DNA of 64,000 nt, taken from positions 248,001 to 312,000 of the forward strand of contig CP145428.1 of the NCBI GenBank assembly GCA_036867785.1. The letters run 5' to 3'. Source of the DNA: Plasmodiophora brassicae. Lineage: Eukaryota. Every line of letters starts with the position of its first letter. The stretch's first letter is position 1. This document shows positions 1 through 10,680 of this stretch, in pieces. A program made the position numbers and the translations under genes. Below the pieces are notes generated by a model. It had not been told where the DNA came from and searched no databases. It was given only the letters and a program-made list of their open reading frames with translations.

Positions 1-266
1 TCGTCGTTGGGATCACGACTCCACCCCGTCCTACTCGATGCAACGCGCCCCTTCCCTGCTCTTCTGCAGGCTGCCACACACAATGTATTACACAGATTGC
101 CGTTTGTTTCCCACGCCTGTGTGCAACCAATCTCTAACAGGCGGGTCGCCGTTGACTGATGATGTGTCGTCCAACGCGCTGGCGCCGGGCGTTTGTGGCG
201 TCAGGTCAACAATACGATGCTTTATAGTTGGCATGTTGATTCGCGTTGCGAACGTCGTCGGGATAT

Positions 267-1940
267 CTAGCCCGTCTGCTGGGAAGCGCACTGGCGGTTC
301 TGTGCGATGCCCGCCTGGACGCACGACGCTGTGTACAGACTGGCCGTCTGGACCGGGTGGCCTGGCGACGGGTGCACGATGATGGTGCTGCCGACGTTGC
401 CGGTCAGCGCGTCTGGAGGGGCAGACGCATGTCAGCCGGGTCCCTTCGAGCACGGAACTGGGTACCTACTCTCACAGCACATGACGTTGCCACCCGTGCT
501 CTGGTTGGGGCCCATCCACAGGTCGACGTGCTTCTTCCCCGACTTCGCGTCGATGTCACATTGGGCGCAGTCGTCCTCCATGATGTAGTATTTCTGCACG
601 CCGGGCACGTAGATGATGGTGCCAGGAGCAATCAGCTTGGCAGCACCTGCCACGTCAGAAGGTCACTCAACAGGTTCCCACAGACGAACCGCGTTGTACC
701 GACCTGCGAAGGTGATCGGATCACTATACGTGCCGGATCCCTCGTGGGCAATCTGGTGCTGCTGTGGTCCCTGGCCTGGATACGAGATGTCGGCACCACC
801 GTACCCGCCGTCCGACGCCGTGTTGTCGTCGTATCCGTAGAAGGTGATCAGCACGTTCGTCCAGGTCGTCTCGGACGAGGACGGCACTGTCGATGGAGCA
901 GCACTCGGCGTCGGGCGAGGAGGGCTTGGCGTCGTCGCTGGACCGTCGCCGGCGCCTACATTCGTGCTGCTTGCGCAGGCGCCGGAGACGCAGACCAAAG
1001 CGTCGTCGCAATCGTTTTCTGATGCGCATGTTGCTCCCAGACAGTGGCCAGCCTGCGCCAATGCGAGGTTAACGAACCGCCGAACGCAATGGCGCTGTCC
1101 ATACCCAGAAGCAGGCAGTGGTTCCTCTGGTAGAAGGTGCAGGCGTAACACGAGGGGCGGGTGTTGACGTGGTACTCGGCGCGTTGCTGTTCCCGCAACG
1201 CCCAGAGACGCAGGTCAGCGAATCACTGCAGTCGTCGTCTGATGTGCACGTTGCTCCCGAACAGTGCCCGGCCTAATAAGGGCGGAATTAGCAGATGATG
1301 ACCCGCAGGCAGTGGCTGGTGTCCTTACCCAGGTGCACGTACTGCTCGACGCGCTGCCCAGCGATGGCGGTGGTGTCGAACGGGCGGCGGGCGTTGCTGA
1401 GCTGGGGGCGTGGCTTCCCGCGCAACGTCCGGAGGCACAGATGAGGACGTCGCTGCAATCGTTGTCTGATGAGCACGTTGCACCCAGGCAGTGCCCAGCC
1501 TGATCACGTTCCATTAGTGCAACCGCGTAAGGCACTTCATGGAGTGTCGTTACCCAGGAGCAACTAGGGGATGACGGTGACGGTTTTGACGACGAAGGGG
1601 TTGGCTGCGGAGACCTGGACGGGGACGGTGGCGAAGGAGGCACCGAGCTGGTTCCTCCGCAGACGCGGTTGACGCAGGTCAGGGCACCGTCGCAGTCATC
1701 GTCGGAACCGCACGACGCGCCAGCACAGTGACCAGCCTGTTGTAGCAAACCACGGTCAGACGCCAAACCTGCATGACGATGGTTAACTACCCAAGAACAC
1801 GTATTCGTCGATGGTTTGCTGATCAGCGACGTGGCTAGCTTCTGTAGCGGCGAAGAGGCTTGACGACGTGCTGCTGCAATTGATGATAGTATTAGCAGGG
1901 CGACAGAGAATAGCACTGTCCAGTATATTTGGCGACCCAT
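267..1940 (-). CDS. Secreted protein: signal peptide, four tandem 6-Cys (knottin/kissper-like) modules with Ser/Pro/Thr linkers, and a C-terminal 3D/RlpA-like (DPBB-like) domain; at least 6 introns
   Basis: Hydrophobic N-terminus (MGRQIYWTVLFSVALLILSSIAAA). Repeats CxW|AGHCxGAxCx5Cx5Cx4C are split by GT-AG introns at 1737-1790, 1500-1553, 1273-1328 and 1053-1104. The C-terminal part reads TFYGYDDN...GTYSDPITFA...IYVPGVQKYYIMEDDC...HVDLWMG...CENALT...IIVHPSPG and ends at TAG 267-269. Confidence 0.8.
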
Positions 1941-2458
1941 ACGCGCGCCCCCCAGATAAATGATACAGACTCAAACGATAACAAGCACTTAACAATAACG
2001 AGGCAGTAGAAAGTATGCGCAGTACTGCTGAGCCGCACCTCATTGACTCATTCGGGGCATGCTGCACCTAATCCGATCCGAGACGCTCATGATGACCATC
2101 GCCGATAGGAAGCTGATGAGTCAACTAGCGCATGGTTAGCCTCGATCGGACCGTGTTGTTCGGCAGCGAGCTATTATATACCCAGCATTGCGTCAGATGA
2201 GCGTGTTCTCTTTCGATGTCATGTAACGTGGCAGGAACGAAATCGATGTACGTACGGAAAGCCTCGTAAGTACACAGATGCTACGCGCCGCACCACTTAG
2301 GTAGTGGACGCCCGGGCACGACTTCGCCGAGGTTGACGGGCCGGAGCAGCTCCTTTATCACTGCAAACTTCCGAGCAGGGCGAATCACTTCATACCGATC
2401 TAGTGAGCTCGTAACGAAGATCGTAAGCTGGACCGCAACCTTTATTGTCATTGTCGAC

Positions 2459-3832
2459 CTACTTAGCACAAGCCTGTGCCGCTGGCAACTCAGGCAGGCT
2501 CCTCTTTTCGACCTCAGTACACGCGCCGCCTCCTGTAGCCTCGAGTTCAGCCTTGATCTTGAGGTACTCGGAACGAAACGCATCCATGGCCAGTGCATCG
2601 GCCTCCTCAACGTCTGTCGCTGCACTGCTTGATTTCTGCAGTGTTCCCACACGTACCGACGGCTCCTTCTGATGCTCTAACGGCTCATTGACGTCGCCCT
2701 GCAGGGTTGTGGCTTTCTTGGCCGCCTGAAGGGCTTCACGGGACTCCCGCAGCTTCTTTACCAGTAGGCACTTTTGGTCTTCGGAAGCCTGGTCGCATGC
2801 ACGAAGAGTATGCGGGCCTCTGCAGAACCAGCACTCCGCCGGTATTGCATCTTTCCCGACGTCCTTGGCCTGCAGGGGTGCGACCTTCGTGGTCTGATCG
2901 GCATGCCGCGACTTCCACAGATTCTTCATCACCATCTCCTTCTGGCCTTCAGAAGCCATGACGCATTGCCGAAGTGTATGCGGTCCCTTGCAGTACCAGC
3001 ACTCCGGCTTTCCGTCGACTCTCCCTTCACGCCCGATAACTGGTCGTGATATCCGCCCCGTCCCTTCGTTCGGTTTGCGCTTCTTGAGCGAGGATGAACC
3101 GGCTGCCGACGACCCTGGCGCCGTCAACCCCCGATCTTCATCGTTGTGAACCTTACGGTTGTCGGAGTTACGGTGAGATGGGGCATCGTCAGGGCGAGAG
3201 CGTCTTTTCGGTGCCGTTGTAATTACGTTGGGTTGCGTTTGCGCGCAAGTACTGGGCGTGTATGCATGATCAAATTGATGAACAGACGTGCCAGGAACGT
3301 AAGAACTATCCTGCGACACGGTGAACGTCGGGCTACTGGAGAGGTAGTAGTTCGACCACATCTCGCGGGCGCGAACATAGCCAACATCGTTGGCGAGTGC
3401 ATAGAAATGCTTCGAGCGCTGAACGAAACAGCGCAGCTCGTCAAACCTGCCAGCCTCCAGCAGCACTTGCGCTTTGGACAGCATGACAACAACGTGCGTT
3501 TCCCCCGACATCGACGGTATGTCATATCCGCATTCGTAGCGGTCGACCGGGAGCGTCGATTTGGCCGCATTATTGCTGCTCGTCGGCGGCGGCACAGTCG
3601 TCGATTTGACCTGCGCGCGCAGATTCTGGACCTCCTCCAGCAGTCGCCCCAGCAGCAAATCGGTCGCCTCCCGGTCTATTGACCCGTTACACCCACTTGC
3701 ACCGCGCATGATCTGATTCGTAACCGCTGCGGTAGCGCAGGCCGCGTAAGGCCTGGCAGATGTGTGATCTGACGGTTGCATTTGAAGACGGCGTCCTCGC
3801 CAGCTGCTGCAGAGCCCGTCGGACTGCGTCAC
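2459..3832 (-). CDS. Intronless protein with two CCHC zinc knuckles (Gag-like / nucleic-acid binding); true start uncertain
   Basis: 457-aa ORF containing CWYCKGPHTLRQC and CWFCRGPHTLRAC (CX2CX3HX4C) in a duplicated segment. Confidence 0.6.
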   Translation of the reverse strand: MTQSDGLCSSWRGRRLQMQPSDHTSARPYAACATAAVTNQIMRGASGCNGSIDREATDLLLGRLLEEVQNLRAQVKSTTVPPPTSSNNAAKSTLPVDRYECGYDIPSMSGETHVVVMLSKAQVLLEAGRFDELRCFVQRSKHFYALANDVGYVRAREMWSNYYLSSSPTFTVSQDSSYVPGTSVHQFDHAYTPSTCAQTQPNVITTAPKRRSRPDDAPSHRNSDNRKVHNDEDRGLTAPGSSAAGSSSLKKRKPNEGTGRISRPVIGREGRVDGKPECWYCKGPHTLRQCVMASEGQKEMVMKNLWKSRHADQTTKVAPLQAKDVGKDAIPAECWFCRGPHTLRACDQASEDQKCLLVKKLRESREALQAAKKATTLQGDVNEPLEHQKEPSVRVGTLQKSSSAATDVEEADALAMDAFRSEYLKIKAELEATGGGACTEVEKRSLPELPAAQACAK

Positions 3833-3972
3833 GGACCGCGCAATTTAAGGACTCACGCGACCTATACTTAGCGAGACAGGGTGCCAGGACCAGAAATCGC
3901 ACTACTGTAGGCCGATTCCTGCAACAGGCAAGCAAATTTGTATTCTATGGAGTACGTGCTCTATAGGTTGAC

Positions 3973-5257
3973 CTAGGACGGGTGTGGAACGGGCACGAAA
4001 TAGTGCTGGCCGGATCCGGGCCCGGCTGTTAGCGCGGTCTTGACCGGGTGCCCGCCTTCGGGCATGTTCACCTTGCAGGCTGCGTTGACAGTCGCCTGCG
4101 TCAGCGCGTCGGAGCAGTACTGGCAGCGTAACGTCAACGAGGCGAGCGACGCCGCGTACTGGTCGGTCAGGCGGATCCATTCGGCCATTTCGGTGCGGGC
4201 CCGCTCCTGCGCGACGGCATCGTCTCGCAGCCGGGCGCGCACGGCCGCCCGCTCCCGGATCAGGTACCAGATCATCTGGTCCTTCACCTGAAGCAGGTCG
4301 TCGACGGCGCTCATCTTCCCGATCAGCCGGTGCTGGTCCCGTACCTCGTGCGGGAACTCGTCCACGTCGACTGATATCCTCCGCGGTATCGCCTGCACGT
4401 GGTGCACCGTCAGCGTTTCGCTCCTGCGAAAGAGAAACCGGCGGGGGCTCCGTTACGCGTTCGGAAAGGTCCTGGGCGTGCGCGGCCAGGAACTCGAATT
4501 TCGCCAGGAACCTGTCCATGTCAGCAGGCAGCGCTGCGCCCATGGCCAGCGACTTGTCGAAAGCGTCGATCTGGTCGATCTCGGCGCGGACCAGCTCGAC
4601 GTCGGCACGGAGCAGCGCGAGTTTCCGCTGCTCGTGGGCGCCGAGCCGATCGAGAATGGCCTGGAGCTCGGCGCGCGTCTCCTTCTCGATCGCCAGGCGG
4701 TTGCCGCGAAGCCGGTCGGCGTCTGACTCGATGGCGACGGCCAGCTCGGCGAGTCGGGCGCGTCGCTGCAGCATTGGGCCTTGCACGCACCCGAGCAGGT
4801 GCGTGCGGCGCGTGCTGTACGCGTCCGCAAGGGGCACCACGCGGTGCGTTAGGGAGCGGTGCGCCCCCCGATCCCGGCATTGCTCGCAGACGGCCGCTTC
4901 ACAGGTCGTGCAGTACAGCAGCAGGCGGCGGTCGCGATGCTCCCTGCACATGATACGGTACCGTTCGAGATCGGCCACGTGCACACGCTCGTGCGCCGCG
5001 TCGACCGCGATCGCATGCGATGCCGAATTGCACGCCGCACATAACGTCCTGTCGCATGTCGTGCAGTACAGCGACGATGCACGCGCCAGGCACCCTTCAC
5101 AGACGACCGCGCCGACCGGGATGGCTTCGCCTACCACCGCACCGGTGGCACCGTCCGCCGCAGGCGCCTCTGCCGCCTTCTTCGACGACTTCTCCTTCCC
5201 CGCCTTGGGCGCTTTCTCCGACTTGCCCGCCTTCTCGGCCTTCTCCTTCTTCGCCAT
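3973..5257 (-). CDS. B-box zinc-finger, coiled-coil protein (TRIM-like without RING); one intron near 4397-4455
   Basis: Two B-boxes (CEGC...YCTTCDRTLCAAC...H...H and CREH...YCTTCEAAVCEQC...H...H) followed by a coiled coil. The frame switches to the 3973-4407 ORF, which ends in a CQYC...C...H motif. Confidence 0.75.
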
Positions 5258-5449
5258 GCCCGGTACAATCCAATCCCGCGCGTCAGTGACGGGCAGACTT
5301 CATCGCGCTGTTGATGCCCCATTGCCTAGCATCCGACTCGACATAGACGTAGGGGAAGAGGCGGGTCCCCCACCAAGCGACCGGCGCTCCCCATCTGCAA
5401 TGGTTTTAATTCCAGGCAATGTATTAGGGATAGAGGTGCGAGGAGTGCG

Positions 5450-7573
5450 TTAGTAGGGGCGACGGGCATGACGTCGCGGACCAACCCTGCTTCTAGGCGG
5501 TTCGGCATCTTCTCCCGAGCATGACGCTGATGACGAATCATCGTCGTCGTCATCTTCCTCCTCTTCCTCGTCGTCGTCTTCATCGTCGTCGTCGTCGTCG
5601 TCAGGATCTGCGCCGTCGCGTACGGTAGCGAGCGCTGAGGGTGCCGTCGGCAGCATCGACGTCTTGTTCGACGGCGTTGAACTATTCGCGTGCCGCAGAG
5701 GCGGTGACACCGACGCCCTGAACGGCCTCCGCGTTTGGTCGTCATCGTCATCCTCACCGTACATCGGGTCGTTGCTCCGCTTCGGCTTCGACTTACGTCG
5801 TCGGTACTGGTTCCTCTTGGCACTGGATCTCCTCGCCGGTCGTCGGGCTGGGTACGGCTCTTCATCGTCATCGTCGTCATCGTCTTCGTCAGAATCGTAA
5901 CCGTAGGGTGGCGGGATGCCGCTGACGTCGCCATCGTACAGCATTGATGACGATCGCCACGGCGGCAGAGTTGCAGGTGCAGATGGGCGCGTCATCGTAT
6001 CGCGTCTCGTGGGCGGCACGGTCGCAGGGAACTCGCCGCCCAGAGACGACGGCGCTGACGACGGTGCTGACAACGGCGCTGACGACGGTCGCTGCGGAGG
6101 TAACGACGTCACCGGGGGCGCCTGCGGGGGTACGGCCATCGGAAACTCGTTGTCCAGCTGTGGCGATGACGTTGCCGGTGGTGCGGAAGACTGGAACGGC
6201 ATTGCTGCCGGTGGGAATTCCGCATCCAGGTCAGCCGGCGTTGGCGGCTGGAACGATGGTACCTTGTACTTGGGAGGGAGGGTCCCCGGTGCCGATGTGT
6301 GCGTCCGTGACGGTAGCGCGCTTGGTTCCCCACCGAATAAACCACGTTGCGAGCGGGGTCGAGCCGGAGCCGTCGTTGCCGATGTCGTGCCTGGACTTTG
6401 GGACGCCGGTGCGGGTTCGGATTCCGGTGCGGGTGATGCGCGGCGCGGCGGTGCGATGGTACCGGGTGAGGTTGCAGCGGTCCGCTGCGTTGTCGGGCGC
6501 TTTGTTGCTGCGGCCGATGTCGCAGCCCGCTTTGGCGGCGCTGTCGATGGGAGCGGTTCGGGGGATTCCTCAGCAGCAGGGGCGGTTGTGGAGCGTTGTG
6601 CACGAGGTGCTCGTGGCGCCACCGTGTCATTCGGACCGTCTTCCGCTTGGTCCGGGCGCGGGGCCAACTGGTCCTGCACATGATGGTCGCGGTCGTCAAG
6701 AACAGGGTCCGGGACGGGCGCTGGCGGTGTCGCCGCCGCCTTGGACGCCGGCAGTGCGCCAGCTGTCGATTGCGACGGCGTCGCTGCAGTCGCGGAATCG
6801 GGAGCTGTAGTCGCGACAGCCGGGAATGTAGCCGCAACACGCGGACCTGCAGTCGGGACTGTAGGAGCTGCAGTCGCCACGGTAGGAGCTGCAGTCGCCA
6901 CGGTAGGAGCTGCAGTCGCCACTGTAGGAGCTGCAGTCGCCACGGTAGGAGCTGCAGTCGCCACGGTAGGAGCTGCAGTCACCACGGCAGGAGCTGCAGT
7001 CGCCACGGTAGGAGCTGCAGTCACCACGGCAGGAGCTGCAGTCACCACGGCAGGAGCTGCAGTCGCCACTGTAGGAGCTGCAGTCGCTACAGTGGGAGCT
7101 GTAGCAGTCGCTACAGTGGGAGCTGTAGTCGTCGCGGCAGGAGCTGCAGTCGGCACGGTGGGAGCCGCAGGCGCAAACGTGGGAGCTGCACCTGCAGGGC
7201 TTGATGCTGTCGTCATGGGCACAGGAGCTGCAGGCACTGGAGCCGTCGCAGTCGACGGTGATGCAGCGGGAGTGACGCCGGGTTTCTGGGCGCGGATCAT
7301 TGGCGGCGCCTTCGTCATGGGTGCCGCTGCCGTGAAGATGGGCGTCGGCGGTGGTGTCATGATCGCAATAGGGTTCTCGAGCGGGCTCATTGGAGACGGA
7401 GGAGGCGTTAGCGCAGGAGTCGGTGCGTCCGTACCCCCCGTTGCACTGTCGAATATGACGGGCATCGTATCGGGCAGCAATTCAACGGTTGTGTCGCCAG
7501 CGACGAGGGCCAGCTGCGCCACGAGAAGCAGAAGCGTCGGCGCCCAGGGCCGCGTTCGGGTTGGGTGATACAT
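5450..7573 (-). CDS. Secreted mucin-like Pro/Thr/Ala-rich protein with heptapeptide repeats and an acidic C-terminal region
   Basis: 707-aa single ORF with a signal-peptide-like LLLLVAQLALVAG, a (TVATAAP)n array and poly-D/E tracts. Confidence 0.75.
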   Translation of the reverse strand: MYHPTRTRPWAPTLLLLVAQLALVAGDTTVELLPDTMPVIFDSATGGTDAPTPALTPPPSPMSPLENPIAIMTPPPTPIFTAAAPMTKAPPMIRAQKPGVTPAASPSTATAPVPAAPVPMTTASSPAGAAPTFAPAAPTVPTAAPAATTTAPTVATATAPTVATAAPTVATAAPAVVTAAPAVVTAAPTVATAAPAVVTAAPTVATAAPTVATAAPTVATAAPTVATAAPTVATAAPTVPTAGPRVAATFPAVATTAPDSATAATPSQSTAGALPASKAAATPPAPVPDPVLDDRDHHVQDQLAPRPDQAEDGPNDTVAPRAPRAQRSTTAPAAEESPEPLPSTAPPKRAATSAAATKRPTTQRTAATSPGTIAPPRRASPAPESEPAPASQSPGTTSATTAPARPRSQRGLFGGEPSALPSRTHTSAPGTLPPKYKVPSFQPPTPADLDAEFPPAAMPFQSSAPPATSSPQLDNEFPMAVPPQAPPVTSLPPQRPSSAPLSAPSSAPSSLGGEFPATVPPTRRDTMTRPSAPATLPPWRSSSMLYDGDVSGIPPPYGYDSDEDDDDDDDEEPYPARRPARRSSAKRNQYRRRKSKPKRSNDPMYGEDDDDDQTRRPFRASVSPPLRHANSSTPSNKTSMLPTAPSALATVRDGADPDDDDDDDEDDDEEEEEDDDDDDSSSASCSGEDAEPPRSRVGPRRHARRPY
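6848..7160. repeat. Coding minisatellite, 21-bp unit (GGAGCTGCAGTCGCCACGGTA and variants), about 14 copies
   Basis: Directly visible tandem array; it encodes TVATAAP/AVVTAAP on the minus strand. Confidence 0.95.
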
Positions 7574-7903
7574 AGTTCAGATAACGTTATGGCTGACGTG
7601 ATATCTGACTGCTCGACCCGGGTGTCCCTGTTGACTCATGACGAACTGACTCACACTGCATGGGGACTCACACGATTTGGAGAAGTGAAACAAGGCAAGT
7701 ATAGTCACTTTGAGCATCGGAAGCAGAGTTGCCCTGTTTCGGAGGGGTCCAACTAACCCGACGACGGCGTCGTGGACCTGGGCACCTCAACACGCAAGGA
7801 CCAAATTGGGAACGGGTCCGTTGGCGGCATCTCGACAGGACTAGGTAGGGTGCGATAGAACCAGGTGACTGGTGAGCAACGGAAGCAGATATGCATACAA
7901 TAT

Positions 7904-9502
7904 TTAGTTGGGAAGGAAGTGCGAGAGACTCTCCTTATTCTTGTCGATAACGGCCAGGAACCAGGTCGAGTTCATAACGGACCAGCCATATGACAAAATG
8001 CTCGCTGCGAGCTTGCCGCGATCCACCCTGGCCAGCTCGACCGCCATCATGACATTGGCCTCCAGCTCCACGGCCAGCGACAGCGGCGTCTTGTTCTCGA
8101 AATCCACACAGGTCAGCGCTTCCCGAATGCGTTCCGAGTCATACGCAATCTTGAGGATTTCCACCATGATCTCACAGGCGCTGGCGTCGGGCAGCATCGC
8201 CGCCAGGTGGACCGCCGTCCTCGAATTGCCGTCCTTATGGAAAATCATATCCGGGTCGCCGTGCGTGCCAAGCACAAACAGGGCCTTCCTGCGCAGGTCC
8301 TGGTGCAGGGCCTCCTTCTCCCGCGCCAGATCCAATTGCTCGTTCCTCTTGAGCTCATCGCGGTCGATACAGGCCTGGCGCATGCGAACCAGCGCGTCGT
8401 CCAGAACCGTATGCTTCTCGGAATCCTCCAGCATCAAGTTCCCGCCGGCGCTGAGCAGAATTTGCAGGCATTCGGGCGTCCTCGCGTAGTGCATGGCCGA
8501 GGATTGCATGGCCGAGGATCGGACCCGAGCGAGAACCAGGTCATTGGGGCTCGCGCGGAGACCACCTACGATAGCGCGAACCAGCACCAGGTTGTTATCG
8601 TCCGCTGCCCTCATCAACATGCTGGTCTCGCGAACGTCCTCTTCGAGGGGGCCCATGGTCATCACCTCCAAACCGAGGTACGCCCCAATCAAGAGGTTCT
8701 GCGTAATCACGTTCAGAGCTTTGTCCTTGTCGTCGTCATCGGTCGATTCCACTGCGGCGAAGAAGTCGGAGGCCAGGAACCATTGGCGACGATCGTTGTC
8801 CAGATCGATCCAGTGGACATCGCCTTGGGCACGCTGGCGCAACAGGTCCTGTAACTTGGACGCCTGGCCCTTGTCATGCCATTGCAAGCGCGGCACGAAT
8901 TTCCAGTCGTCGTTGCTGTGAAACTTGATGAACACACGGGCCTCCTCCGACAATCCCGCTATCCTCCTCACGTCGCGGTCGGCGCTGGTTCTTAGAAGGA
9001 GCGCCGAATACAATTTCAGCGAATTGACAAATTTCCTCTGCAGCGTCTCCGACTGGTCCCTGGGCAGGACAGGTTAGCAGAGGCGGGCGCGTTAGCGGAA
9101 ACGTCCGATAAACGTACAGGAACCGCGTGTCTTCCAGGAAGTCTTCCATGTCCCATAGCGTGCGTCCGCAGACTTGCTCGCCGATCTGCGCCATCAGCGC
9201 ATCGACAAGGCGCTCGTCGGCCCCGGTCTGATGCAGGTGCACGACCGCATCGTAAAATCGCACGCCAGCAGTGCGGTTGCTGCCCCAGGTTCGGGTCTGC
9301 TCATCCACCCACTTCGCGATGTCTCTCTGAGCAACGAACGCGGTTGTCAGCGGTCGCCGCCTGCGCATGCCACGCCGGACGGTACCTTTGTCGACAGGCC
9401 GGCGTTGGCGAACGCCCGTGCCAGCCTGTCCGCGTCGTCGTTCGGCTGCGCGGAAGCCAGGGCCAGGGCCAGGGCGCCGACCAGCAGCAGCGACCGACGC
9501 AT
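7904..9502 (-). CDS. Secreted ankyrin-repeat protein (multi-exon), candidate effector
   Basis: Signal peptide MRRSLLLVGALALALASAQ (ATG 9500-9502). Ankyrin motifs SAMHYA, HTVLDDA, RTAVHLAAM and KTPLSLAV lie in the 7904-9013 ORF. Short introns near 9330-9385 and 9060-9115. Confidence 0.75.
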
Positions 9503-9628
9503 CGTTTCGATCTGGGCGACCGGGTCGCCCGCCACTGGCCCGCGGCGTTTCCTATTTCTGGACCCACGGAGCGCTGCGCTATTCCTGGAGCCCGGATTGG
9601 CCTGCGTGTATTGAGTATACCTATGTAT

Positions 9629-10474
9629 CTACCTATCTGCCCTGCCCTGCCAGATCCGGTGCAGCTGATCGAGGAGCGCGGCCTTGGGCGACACCGTTGA
9701 CGTCGTTGCGGAACGGTCCTGGTCCGGCTCCGGGGTCGATTGACTGAGGGCGGGCGCGCCTGGTTCGGCGGACGGGACTACGTCGCCGTTGTCATCGAAC
9801 TCCAGGCCGTGCCTGGACAGTAGGCCTATACCGCACCGACCGGTCGTCGCCATCAGTTGGCCGCCAGCGCGTGGCCATGCACGTCGTCGTACCTCTCGCA
9901 TGGTTGGTTTCCGTCTGAAGTTCCTGACATCGGCGGCGCCGTTCCGCGATCTGTCGGCGCAGCAGCGCGATCAACGATTGCCGGGCCTGTGACAGGTCAC
10001 GTCAGGCAACGGTGAACAGGAGCACGAGTGAAAGGCGAGGCGACTTGATTGGCGCGCAGGACGTTCAGCAGGTGCGATATGTTGATGAAGACGTGCTGGA
10101 GGTCCTCGAGGCGCGCGCCGGCTTCCGACTGCTGATCGACGAGCGCGTTCAGCAGCGCGACATACGTCGTCGCCGCCCGTCGATTCAGCATACGCAACTG
10201 ACGGGCGTGATCGCGCTCGTTTCCCTCGAACAGCTGCGGCACATTCGGGCCGAGGTCGTGAACGAGAAAGTCGTTCTACGGAGCGCTCGCGTCAGACAGC
10301 GACGACACGCACCGCGAGGTCAACAACCGATTGGACAGCGCCGAACTTGGCGAACGGCGCGTCGATAGGCGGCGGAGGCGTCGACCGATCAAAGTCGACG
10401 GACAGGTCCTGGTCGTACAGGATGTAGAACGGCGGCGGCGGCGGGTACGTCGCCCGATTGACGGCCTCGGCCAT
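9629..10474 (-). CDS. MED7: Mediator complex subunit 7 (multi-exon)
   Basis: ATYPPPPPFY...PPPP..FAKFG N-terminus, L.MLNR, LQHVFINISHLLNVLRANQ|ARQSLIALLRRQ: the MED7 signature, read across short introns. Confidence 0.85.
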
Positions 10475-10680
10475 GGCACGGGCACAGACGCGCCCACGGC
10501 GTTTTGGGAACCTGCAGCTCTACAGTCATAGGTTGACGGTTTTGAAACGGCAGCTGCTCCCACACACGGACTCACAAACTGCAGCTCCCACACGGACTCG
10601 CGAACGGCAGCTTCTACTGTCGCACGAGCTGCAGCCCCCACTGGCGCACGAAGTTGTTCCCGGGGTGCACCAGCCGTACC

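Noticed and set aside
5916-7568. Long plus-strand ORFs (e.g. CSRHGRS and VATVGAA repeats)
   Set aside because: Antisense shadows of the GC-rich repetitive mucin gene.
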